From assembly GCA_038087875.1 (NCBI GenBank), contig JAXLNO010000483.1, forward strand, positions 1 to 64,000: DNA of 64,000 bases, given 5' to 3'. The DNA comes from Malacoraja senta. Taxonomy: Eukaryota. Positions 26,623 through 37,840 of the stretch are shown one piece after another. Position 1 is the stretch's first letter. Every line of letters starts with the position of its first letter. The notes below the pieces were generated by a model, which was given only the letters and a program-made list of their open reading frames with translations, was not told the origin of the DNA and did not search any database. Made by a program: the position numbers and the translations under genes.

Positions 26623-28859
26623 TGTATGATGTTCTGCATTGTTGAGGTAATCCAGTTAATAGCCTGTCCCACTTAGGCAACTTTTTCGACGACAGCCGGA
26701 AAATAGGCTGTCGCCACATGGTCGCGGGGTGACACGGCGTGACGCCTGTATTGTCGTGAGCTGTTGCCTCAAGTGTCGTGGTCTTTTTCTTGTCGTCGCT
26801 TGGTTTTGAAATGTTCAAAACCTCTCGGCGACAGTTAGCTTGACGTTGCGTGACTTCTCCTGGCGTAGGTGCTGTTGTAGGTTGTCGTAGGCTGTCGCCA
26901 GGTTGACGCCATCTGACGTTGGCTGTCGCCGGGTGCTGACTTCGGTAAGTTCAAGTGGCGGCAGCGTACGTCAACTGGCGATAATATCGGCTTCACGAGA
27001 AGTCACGTTGCGTCATTTGAAAAAAAAGTGCATCACTCCACCTGTCTTCAGTTGACGGCGTCAGGGTCGTAGCTTGTCGTAGCTTGTCGTGGACTGACGT
27101 GGGTTGATTTTGGTTGTCGTAGGCTGTCGTCTATATCGTGGTAGGCTGTCGTGGGTTGACGTCGTGTGTCACGAAGAATTGGGACGCCAGTTGACGTAGC
27201 TTGTCATAGCTTGACGTCGACTAGGTGGCAGCCTGTTGTAGACATTGTCGTAGAGGGCCGGTTTCTCGGCGTCACGCCAGGACAGTGACTGTTGCCGGCT
27301 GTCACCGAAAAAGTCGCCTAAGCAGGGCTCTCACTTAACTTTTTTTGCCTGTTCCCAGCCGGGCAACCCAAGGCAGCTTTTTAGGTTGCCAAATGACAGT
27401 TTAGATGGTCATTTAAGACGGCTTGCATGACACGTGCAATAATGTGCTTGGACGAAGTGCGTAGTTACCAGTCGGAATTATGCTCAATGAAGCATTCGCT
27501 TATTATTTCTGCTTCAAATAAAGTTACAGACTAAATCAAGACATGATATATACCACAATGACATGCAGCAAAATTATAATATAGTATCTCAACTCTTTTT
27601 ACACATTGAAATGAATGCAGTTTCTATTATTTCTTTCCACTTCCAAACAAAAATGTGGTTGGATTATTCAGCGTATGATCAACCTGTGTCAATAAATCCT
27701 GGACCATGGTAACATATATGCTTAACCATGCACACTACGGATTGAAGGAAGCATGTTTTCTGTGAAGGACCGAAAATTATCATGACATGGCCATAGCATG
27801 GGTCGTTATTGCTATTGGTACATAAACACTCTTGCTTCCCACATAATATATCCCCAACAAAATAAACAGGTTGCAAGGAAATTTCTAAAGTCATTTTATG
27901 ATAATAGCTGTTAAAACCGACTATACCCATCTGACAGGTTGAACATTACACTAACTGACAAGAGATGGCCAAAGGACATAACTGCAGCAAATGTTCTTTT
28001 GGTAATGTGTTTAAAGGTGTCAAAACGCCACATTACCGGACATTCAGATTAGATGTATATGTTGTGAAAAGTAATGAAGATACCCAGTTTGTACGTACCA
28101 GATTTTAAAAAAAGTATTCATAAACGCTGTTTCCATCATTCCCACCAGAATTAACATTAAAATTTCAACTGAAATATCTCCTGACCAAATTTGTGATGTA
28201 TATGACTGACTGTAGAAGTAAAACCTGGATAAATCCAACGTATAGTTCTGAATGTTGCTCATTAAATAACTACAGTACTGATACTCCATATTAAGAGCAT
28301 TGATTTGCCATTAAAATGAATTCTGTAATAACGTGTCAACGGTAGCAGTGACAATCGAACACTGCGGATTTAATGTTTCACGTGTTCACAATTTAATTAA
28401 TCCATCCTTATGGATTAAAACAAATAATAACATTGGGAATTAAAACACATTTGATTGCACGCCATTATCAAACATAGTCAATGTTCGCTCTGAAGACATT
28501 TCCAGCACAATATGGTCAGGGAGGGAGGGGGTGGGGGTGGGTGGTGTCAATCAGTGCGGGATGGATAGATGGTGGTGGGGGGGTGGGGGGTTTCAGAAGG
28601 CAATCGGTGCAGAATGGATGGATTGAGGCAGGGGAATTAGTGCGTGCTGGTTGGAGTAGGTAAAAGTGTGAGGGGAGAGCGCGGGGGATGTCTGGGGTTG
28701 AATGGGGGGGGATCAATACGGGATGGACGGGGGGGTCTGTGCAGGATGCATGGGGGGATCATTACAGGATGAATGGGGGTAGACAAAATGCTGGAGAAAC
28801 TCAGCGGGTGAGGCAGCATCTATGGAGCGAAGGAAATAGGCAACGTTTCGGGTCTGGTC

Positions 28860-29362
28860 GGGTTGCTATTGAGGGAGTGCAGCGTAGGTTTACAAGGTTT
28901 AATTCCCAGGATGACGGGTCTGCCATATGCTGAGAGAATGGAGCAGCTGGGCTTGTACACTCTGGAGTTTAGAAGGATGAGAGGGCATCTCATTGAAACA
29001 TATAAGATTGTTAAGGGCTTGGACACGCTAGAGGCAGGAAACATGTTCCCGATGTTGGGGGAGTCCAGAACCAGGGGCCACAGTTTAAGAATAAGGAGTA
29101 AGCCATTTTAAACGGAGACGAGGAAACACTTTTTCTCACAGAGAGTGGTGAGTCTGCGGAATTTTCTGCCTCAGAGGGCGGTGGAGGCAGGTTCTCTGGA
29201 TGCTTTCAAGAGAGAGCTAGATAGGGCTCTTAAAAATAGCGTAGTCAGGGGATATGGGGAGAAGGCAGGAACGGGGTACTGATTGGGGATGATCAGCCAT
29301 GATCACATTGAATGGCGGTGCTGGCTCGAAGGGCCAAATGGCCTACTGCACCTATTGTCTAT
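28860..29362 (+). mobile_element. CR1-like LINE 3' fragment inserted into a Penelope end
   Basis: IEGVQRRFTR...LGLYTLEFRRMRGHLIETYKI...SRTRGHSL and CR1-type 3' UTR. The minus-strand Penelope end resumes at ~29363 (gggacccttcttcagactgat). Confidence 0.88.
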
Positions 29363-29399
29363 TGGGACCCTTCTTCAGACTGATCCCCCCATTCTTCTT

Positions 29400-29760
29400 G
29401 AATGGGGGGGATCAGTACAGGATAGACGGGGGGGGATCAGCGCAGGATGAATGGGGGGTTCTGTACAAGGATGAATGGGTGGATTAGTACAGTGTGGATC
29501 AGAGGGTCTGTGCAGGATGAATGGGTGGTTCACTACAGGATGAATGGGTGGATCACTACAGGATGGATGGGGGATCAGTGCAAGATGAATGGAGAGATCA
29601 GTAAAAGATGAATGGGCAGATCACTACAGGATGGATGGGTAGATCACTACAGGATGGATGGGGTGTCCGTACGGGATGAATGCGGGAGCAGTACAGGATG
29701 AATGGGGGGAGCAGTACAGGATGAATGGGGAGGGGAGCACAGGGGATGTCAGTAAGGACT
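29400..29760. repeat. ~22-23 bp minisatellite (also 28690-28780)
   Basis: Repeated gatca(c/g)tacaggatg(a/g)atggg(g/t) units. Confidence 0.8.
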
Positions 29761-31739
29761 GAACAGAGGCGGGAATGGGGATCAGTGCGGGATTGAGAGG
29801 AGGGGTCCCAGGATAAGGGGGGGATGGAGGGGGGCATGAGAGAGGGAGGGGGGGAGAGGGAGGGGTGAGAGGGAGGGGTGAGAGGGAGGGGGGAGAGGGG
29901 GAGGGGAGAGAGAGTGGGGAGGTGGGGAGGAAGGAAGGTCAGTGCTCCTCGGACAACACCGGCATCATCTCCCCGCTGCCTTAGCCTTCCCTGTCCACCG
30001 CCAAGTGCTACCACCAAAGGGGGAGGCAGTTGGGAACTCCTCGCCACCCGCCTCCCCTCCTCTGCCAGCCAACAGGAAGGTGCAGGGCCGAGCGGTGCAG
30101 GTGATATAAGATCTTTGCTTCAGACGGTAGAAGGGGGCTTCCTCCTCCTCCCCTCCCCTCCCTCCCTCCCAGCCTCGGCGTGCGGGAGGGATTGTTTTGA
30201 AAGTGGTTATCGCCGTTGGCGGAGTGGCACGCAACGGACGCTATCAGGGCTGGCGGGGTACGGGAAGAGGAGGAGGAGGTGGAGCCGCTGCCGCTGTGCG
30301 GGTCCCGTCATTCGCTCCGACCCTCCGTCACCCTGCACCTAGTATCTTTGCCCGCACTACAGTCGCCGCCGACACGAAACGTCACGTTCCTTTTCTCCAG
30401 AGATGTTGCCTGACCCACTGAGTTACTCCAGTTTTTTGGATATATCTTTGGTATAAACCAGTGTCTACAGTGCCAAGCCGGGCAAAATGACTCGGCATTT
30501 AGGTTGCCCGCCGGCATTTTAGGTGGCCGTTGGCACCCGGGCAACCGCTAATTTTGAGCCCTGCTAAGTGGGACAGGCCCTTTAGTAGTTGTGGTAATCC
30601 TAGAGAATCAAACTTGAGGTGCACTGGCTAAATTTAGGACATTCAGTATTCCAAAAGAAGAACAACAGTGAAATAGCATGGAGTAATGTAATCCTTTCAA
30701 AATATTCAAAACTGCTAACATATCCTTACTTACTAAAAGATGCAGCATTTTTTGCCGAAATCTTCCAATTATTGATTCACATCAGAATGCCATAAAAATG
30801 TTATATGCCACAATCAAATGCGTTCACTGCTCACAGATTGTGATCTGTTGAAGCTCATATTTGCTGCAAGTGCTTATTACCATTTTGGGGGCTTTGGGGG
30901 ACTGGAGACCTCAATGAAAATTATGATAAATTAGATATTAAATTACAAAGCAGCTAGCTTATTTCATAATTATTTTTTCTTGTAATAAAGCATTTTTAAT
31001 TAAACATGGTCTTATTTTCAGGTTGAAAAAGTGGACAAGCTGGCTTTGTTTTCTTTTTTTTCAATTTTAAACCAGTTTAAAATCTTTGTTTTCAATTTTA
31101 AACTAGTTCTCATTTATTTTTAAATGTTAGAAATGCTACAAATGGTTTTGTAAATTGATAGCGTGTTTCAGAGAATTAGCAAATGAGGAACACAACTGTT
31201 TACTAAGAATATAATAACTGAATGTTAATTAAATGGTTGAAATGCAGTTCAGTTTTTTGTGGAAACAATTATAATAATGTACACTCATTTTCTCAAATAG
31301 CCTAATCAAAATTAAGTGAGCTATAGATTCATCTATCTAGTCCATTGAACATCTCATCCCCAAGGATGAAGAAAATGCAGAGCACTTTAGAATAGATAGA
31401 CACTTTGTCATGGAGTTTTCCTATACGTTTCGGGAAAAAACCCCAGATTATAATGGCCATGATACAATTGGGATGTATCTCAGTTCTTCCCCAATTGTTG
31501 GGGACCCTCTCCCCTGCCAATAATATACCGTATGAATGATAAATCAACATTAAAATGTATTTTGTTTCTATAGCATAGACTTGTTAATCCATTATAAATC
31601 AGAGGATATAATGTCTATTTTTATATCCCCATACAATTTTGGTCGTGCAAGACACTGGAGAAGTTGGAAATCTGAATAGAATCACAAAACGTGGGAATAG
31701 TCAACAAATTAGGCAGTGTTTGTAGAAAGAGAAATTGTT

Positions 31740-32283
31740 CATTCTACACCAAGACAATGATCCCAAACATACTGCTATAGCAACAAAGGAGTTTTTCAAA
31801 GCTAAAAATTGTAAACTCTTGAGTGGTTGAAGTCAATCACCCGATCTGAACCCAATTGAGCATGCCTTTTATATACTGAAGAGAAAACTGAAGGGGACTA
31901 GCCTCCAAAACAAGCATAAGCTAAAGATGGCTGCAATACAGGCCTGGCAGAGCATCACCAGAGAAGACATCCAGCAACTGGTGATGGCCATGAATCGCAA
32001 ACTTCAAGCAGTCATTGCATGCAAGGATATGCAACAAAATACTAAACAAGACTACTTTCATTTACATGACATTGCTGTGTCCCAAATATTATGGTGCCTT
32101 GAAATGGGGGGACTGTGTAATTCCTACATGGTGAAGCAAAAATGTATAAAAATGGCCTTTATTAAAATCTGATAATGTGCACTTTAACCACGTGATTTTT
32201 TCTATTACAAACCTCAAATTGTGGAGTACAGAGGCAAATAAATAAAAGATGGGTCTTTGTCCCAAACATTATGGAGGCCACTG
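31740..32283 (+). mobile_element. Tc1-like transposon, right half (pseudogenised DD34E transposase)
   Basis: QDNDPKHT...SQSPDLNPIEH catalytic motifs; terminus ...attatggaggccactg followed by TA. Confidence 0.88.
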
Positions 32284-32524
32284 TAGGTGCAAGGGCATCA
32301 TAGACAATATGCTTCTGTTCTTATATGATAGTGTCTCATCATTTCTGGTATGGGATATGAGTAATAAAGTGTGCAGGGCTGATTCTCCCCCCACCTGCTA
32401 CTCTAGCTAGTTGTTAATGAGATGATTGTACCACAGTGACTGTTGCTGTGTTTTTTTTGAATATTTATGTATGAAGCACCTTTGGGAATTTTTTTAAGGC
32501 AGCATATTTATGGAATTATATATA

Positions 32525-32952
32525 TAGGTCCACCACTGATTTACCGGCAACAAGTGTACCGGCACCTCCTTTCATCCGAACAAAATTACGAGAGCACACT
32601 TGAAATCATCCCTGAAAGTCGTCCACCTTCCCCCCCACCCCCAAAAATATGGCACCTCGGCTGGGTAAGGCAGCTGATCTCTACCTCATTGGAACTTCCG
32701 CGGCGATCAGTGAGTCGAATTTGCCCCCTGCAGCCAGGACTCTGGATCTCCAGCACAGCTGGAGCTGGCAGATCCGTTACCATCTTCTGTCGGCCAACTT
32801 CTGAGGCCGACTTTGTATGCCGGTATCTCGGCCCCTCGGTGGCGTAGGTGGACCGTCCCTTTACCGTTGGTCTCCTCTCGGAGGCCATTACCTCTGTAGG
32901 TCCGTCAAAACGACTCTGGCACCAAGGGTGCGGAAAATGGATGGTGGATCTG
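32525..32952. mobile_element. Tc1/mariner-superfamily (Tigger/pogo-like) MITE
   Basis: TA + (t)aggtccacca ... tggtggatctg + TA terminal inverted repeats. Confidence 0.6.
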
Positions 32953-33370
32953 TACTAAACAGTTCAGGCACCATCTGTGGAGAAAGAAACATAATTAATT
33001 TCCCTTTAAAATTGGAAATTAGTAACCAAACTTGATTAAAGTTGCAAAAAAGGGAAAATGGTGACAAAACAAATGGAATGTTTGTGTAAAGTTGGAGACC
33101 AAAATAGATGAAAAATGCAAATCCTTGTGATACCGGCTGAGAAGGTGGTGAAGGCTTGTTCATTGCAGTTTATCTTCTAGAGGAGGTACAAATAGAGGAA
33201 GACAAATGAAGGCAGTACAAACCTGTTGGAAATCTGAAATAAGCATGAATGATGAAAGTACCCAATAGGTCGGTCATGCAGCAACTGTGGGTCGAGGAAA
33301 ATCAAGATGATGTAACAGGTTGATGATCGTTGGGAAAGTTATAGTTTTTGATTAGGACGAGCTAACTTTA

Positions 33371-34779
33371 CTTAAAACCACCTCCATCGTGCCAGTGCCA
33401 AAACACTCCACTGCGGCAAGCCTTAATGACCAGTTGCACTTACTCCCATCATCACCAAGTGCTTCGAGAGGCTGGTCCGGGCACACTTCAAAGGCTGCCT
33501 ACCTCCCACACTGGACCCCTATCAGTTTGCCTACCGCAAGAACAGGAGTACGGAGGATGCCATCTCAACGGCACTCTACTCCGCCCTCTCCCACCTCAAC
33601 AACACAAACACCTACGTGAGAATGCTGTTCATCGACTATAGCTCAGCATGCAACACCATTATCCCCTCAAAACTGATCACCAAACTCAGCGACCTGGGCA
33701 TCAACCCCTCCCTCTGCAACTGTTTACTGGACTTCCTAACTAACAGACCCCAGTCTGTTAGGTTGGACAACCACACCTCTTCAACCCTCACCCTGAACAC
33801 CGGCGTTCCACAGGGCTGTGTACTGAGCCCCCTCCTCTACTCCCTCTTCACTTACGACTGCACACCTGTACATGGTTCTAACACCATCATCAAGTATGCA
33901 GATGATACAACGGTGATTGGCCTCATCAGCGACAACGATGAGTCGGCCTATCGGGAGGAGGTTCAGCTCCTCGCTGACAACAACCTGGCCCTTAACTCCA
34001 AGAAGACCAAGGAGCTCATTGTGGACTACAGGAAGTCTAGGGGCTGCACGCACACCCCCATCCATATTAACGGGACGGAGGTGGAACGTGTTTCCAGCTT
34101 CAGGTTTCTGGGGGTCAACATCTCTGATGACCTCTCTTGGACCCACAATACATCAACACTGGTCAAGAAGGCTCACCAGCGTCTCTTCTTCCTGAGGAGA
34201 CTGAAGAAGGTCCATCTGTCTCCTCAGATTCGGGTGAACTTCTACCGCTGCACCATCGAGAGCATCTTTACCAACTGTATCACAGTATGGTATGGCAACT
34301 GCTCTGTCTCCGACCGGAAAGCACTGCAGAGGGTGGTGAAAACCGCCCAACGCATCACCGGTTCCTCACTCCCTTCCATTGAGTCTGTCCAAAGCAAGCG
34401 ATGTCTGCGAAGGGCGCGCAGCATCGTCAAGGACTGCTCTCACCCCAGCCACAGACTGTTTACCCTCCTCCCATCCGGGAGGCGCTACAGGTCCCTCCGT
34501 TGCCGAACCAGCAGGTTCAGGAACAGCTTCTTCCCTGCGGCTGTTACACTACTGAACTCTGCACCTCGGTGATTGCCAGTCACCCCGCCCCCCCCCCCCC
34601 CCCCCCCCCCCGGTCACTCCTTCCCCCAGAAAAATTGCACTACTGATAGTGCTGTACATATATATATTTTACAGCTCATTATTCCTAAGTTCGCTATTCT
34701 GGGTGAGATGCTAACTGCATTTCGTTGCCTCTGTACTGTACACTGCACAATGACAATTAAAGATTGAATTGAATTGAAT
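33371..34779 (+). mobile_element. Young 5'-truncated Rex1/Babar-like LINE
   Basis: Uninterrupted 318-aa RT/C-terminal ORF at 33616-34572 ([27 protein letters not shown]); (ttgaa)n tail. Confidence 0.92.
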
Positions 34780-35541
34780 ATAGGCCAGGGATTGAGTCTG
34801 AGAGTTTTCATCCACATGGTTTAATGCCACGAGATTATCTTTTTACAGAGGAAATGGCTAAAATTGCAGAATATACAAGTTAGGACATTGGTTTGAACTG
34901 CTGGACTACAAATCTACTGTGCAGTGAAACATATACTCCTTGGTCACTTCATGTTGGTTGATGGTGTATCCAACTTTCCTTAATTCCAGCACTGACTGTG
35001 AAAAACAAGATAAAAAATTCCTAATCTGCTAACAAAGAAAAAATTCATGGGGTGGGCAACGATATTGCTGACATTTCTAAAGTGCTTATCTGTATAGTGA
35101 GTTAACAAGGTGTGAAGAACTGCCAAAACAACCAGTGTGCATTTAATGCTAGAGACAGGCTTTATGCAATTAGCTCTTTGGCAAACAAGTTAGCTCTATT
35201 TGTATCATATGCAGTCATCCCTTAGAAGTGTGGGTAATGTTGTGAATCATTTATCTGCATTAAAATCGATTTACCTTTTGCTTGCCTGGTTCAATTATGT
35301 CTTTTTCATCTATTTGCAATTCTTTGTGCTAATGAAAATTCAAAGGAGCCAGTCTATTGTTTGCATATAATTTGTTATGTAAGTTAAATGAACTGTAGGC
35401 GTAGCACTCTCAACTAGCTCTAAGAGAACATGGGGATGCATTATTGCTGGAGAAGAGTGGGAAAAAAATTCAATTAAAAGACAAAAATCTGAATCTGCAT
35501 CCATTGCATAAGGTAGTACATTAAAACAAATATGGAATTAC

Positions 35542-35602
35542 CTTGTGAAGTGTAGCATTATTACTCCAGCATCCTCTACCATGTTCTTCATAATTCTAAC
35601 TT
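35542..35602 (-). CDS. Antisense unknown gene, coding exon 4
   Basis: Acceptor ttattcaattcgacag, donor CAAG|gtaatt, 61 nt, phase 1 to 2. Translates (E)VRIMKNMVEDAGVIMLHFT(S). Confidence 0.65.
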
Positions 35603-35629
35603 CTGTCGAATTGAATAACCCAGAGTCAG

Positions 35630-35930
35630 CAGCACACCATAGTGGCACAACCTTCAGTGATGCTGCTTTAAAGCTTGAACGATCCAGGTTTAATCTCAGT
35701 CCCCATTGCTGACTGTGTGGAGTTTGCACTTTTTCCATTTGCCTGCATGGATTTCCTCAAGGTGCTTTAGTCCCTACTTCATCCCAAAGTTGATAGGCTA
35801 ATTAGGACTACTTAAACAACCCATAGTATAGGTGGATGGTTGAAGAATGAGGATGGAGTTCATTATTAGATTACCGAGAAATGGGAATTGCCCTGAGAGC
35901 AGCCGTGGACTTGAAGGGCTGAATCATTAT
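35630..35930 (+). mobile_element. Old tRNA-derived V-SINE
   Basis: V-domain core ctgtgtggagtttgcac..tt.cca..tg.ctgcatggatttcctc..ggtgct. Confidence 0.6.
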
Positions 35931-36483
35931 AAGAATGATGAGGAAAATAATAATTTATCTTTTTTTTTTGTGATTAGAGACATTTTTGACTCACAGATGC
36001 ACCACTGAGGTGCTTTATTGCTGCATGGTGCTCAGCCATCTCAATGGCTTTGTGCCCCTGCCCTGTTTTGCCGATATTAATATGACTTCCAGATAATTCA
36101 GCAACGTTCTTGATTTGCCCAACCAATATGCTGGCTAAATAACAGTGAACTGTAAGAAGGGTCCAACAATTTTAACTCCATTACTGCATTGTTTTAAATT
36201 GACCTTTCAGTTTGATACCACACTTGAGGTTGAGTAGTGTTTTGGAAATTTGTGAAAGCTGTGGAAAACTTCAGAAATCCAGTTTTTCACTAGAACTTTG
36301 ATTTCATCAGTACAGAATTTCAGAAATGGAAAACAATGAGCAATATTGTGCACTTAATACAAAAAACAAGGATAATTTTACTATGTTTATGTTTCCAAGT
36401 TAAAGAGTTTGTTTGTAACTTTTCTTTCTCTGTGCACCGCAAGATAGTTCACAATTATAAATCATAATTAAAATGGCATTTAA

Positions 36484-36757
36484 TTTAGTTTAGTTTAGTT
36501 TAGAGATGCAGTGCGGAAACTGGCCCTTCGGCCCACCGAGTCCGCACCGACTAGCGATCCCCGCGCACTATCACTATCATACACACGAGGGACAATCTTA
36601 CATTTATACCAAGCCAATTAACCTACAAACCTGGATGTCTTTGGAGTGTGGGAGGTAATCGAAGATCACGGAGAAAACCCACGCGGTCACAGGGAGAACG
36701 TACAAACTCCATATGGATAAGCACCTGTAGTCAGGATCGAACCCGGGTCTCTGGCAC
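36484..36757 (-). mobile_element. tRNA-derived V-SINE (HE1-like)
   Basis: B-box-like ccgggttcgatcctga on minus; V-domain; CR1-like 3' tail and (ctaaa)n. Confidence 0.82.
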
Positions 36758-37271
36758 TCTAATATGCTCCTTGATATTTTTTTGACAAATATATGGATTC
36801 AATGGAAAACTTTCAAATCACCTTGTTGGCACCTGAATTTGGAAAAAGATAATCCCACATAAGCATTTTTAGTATATCAATAAAGATTTTTTTTTAACGA
36901 ATTCCATGTTATTCACATTTCTGTTTATGGTACAATATTTGACTATATCAGATGAGAGCTAGTAAGCTGGGCTGCTTAAAACATCTATAAAACCAGCAAT
37001 CTTCCCTGCTAATCATGCCATTGGTGGCAATGGCTCAGATATATAATCCTCAGTACAGCAATGACTTGAAATTGGTATGTTCATCATGGCACTCAATAAT
37101 AGTAACATACCTGTCACTGCTAATGTTATTCTCTTTTTCTAGCTAATGTTGTAGCTAGGCACCTCTTATTTAAAACATAACTTTCTCTTCAGCTCGCCCA
37201 CATAGGCACCCGACCAAATGTAACCCCCTTTCCTCAGTATTCCAAGGATTCCATCATTCCTTATTGATCAC

Positions 37272-37480
37272 CTCCCAGGCCCCACTGGACCTGAAATCCA
37301 CCTGTTTTGTTTTTTGCTGAGCAACTGGAAAAGATCCCTAAAAGCGTATTGCATGTGTATGACAATCGCCCTTCGCAGACATTGTGCTGACCGAATTTTG
37401 AATAGCAGTTATCACATTGATCACACATGGCACATCTAATACTCCTTTTCCAGCATCCAAGTTTCCAGATCAATATTCTT
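37272..37480 (-). CDS. Antisense unknown gene, coding exon 3 (Cys-rich)
   Basis: Acceptor ttttatttcaatttcag after a 248-nt intron; only the phase-compatible frame is open: RILIWKLGCWKRSIRCAMCDQCDNCYSKFGQHNVCEGRLSYTCNTLLGIFSSCSAKNKTGGFQVQWGLG. Donor GAG|gtgatc (exon end 37272) or alternatively CAG|gtggat (37302); both are phase 1. Confidence 0.68.
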
Positions 37481-37728
37481 CTGAAATTGAAATAAAATAT
37501 TTATTAGTGTTTATTTTGATTTTTAACAGTGTGGTCCGATTGTTATTTAGCATTTTGCATTAAAAAAATATTTAAAATGTTTATTAAAAATTGTTTAACT
37601 ACTTGATTTATTTTCTGTGGGAACAATTTTGTTGACTGATCAACCAATTTGATGACATTACATTTTTTGGCTGTAAGGGAAGATCTTTAGAACCAACACC
37701 AGACAGAAACTAACATTTAACAACTAAC

Positions 37729-37840
37729 AGACTGGGGGACTCCATGCCATAGCGAGGACCATTACTTTGAAGCTGATTCCAAAATAGGCACCAGTCATTT
37801 ACAGGGATAATAACTGGAATCTCGAGTTTGGCAACCAAAC
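37729..37840 (-). CDS. Antisense unknown gene, coding exon 2
   Basis: Acceptor ttgatcaaaacag, donor AGTCT|gttagt, 112 nt, phase 1 to 2. Translates (G)LVAKLEIPVIIPVNDWCLFWNQLQSNGPRYGMESPS(L), in frame with exon 1. Confidence 0.72.

Larger units (their letters stand above)
27323..30563. mobile_element. Non-autonomous hAT-like element with 5-bp TSD
   Basis: TIR cagggctc / gagccctg; subterminal ccgggcaac motifs; TSD ctaag at 27318-27322 and 30564-30568. Confidence 0.75.
26659..30581. mobile_element. PIF/Harbinger-type MITE whose right TIR is split by a hAT-like insertion
   Basis: Left agcctgtcccacttaggcaac; right aagtcgcctaag[insert]tgggacaggccct followed by tta; TTA flanks. Confidence 0.8.

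Noticed and set aside
29400..29760. Regular repeats that could be mistaken for a CRISPR array
   Set aside because: Head-to-tail degenerate minisatellite with no unique spacers, in a eukaryotic context.
30730..30845. Good minus-strand donor gtaagt with an upstream cag
   Set aside because: All three frames between them contain stops.
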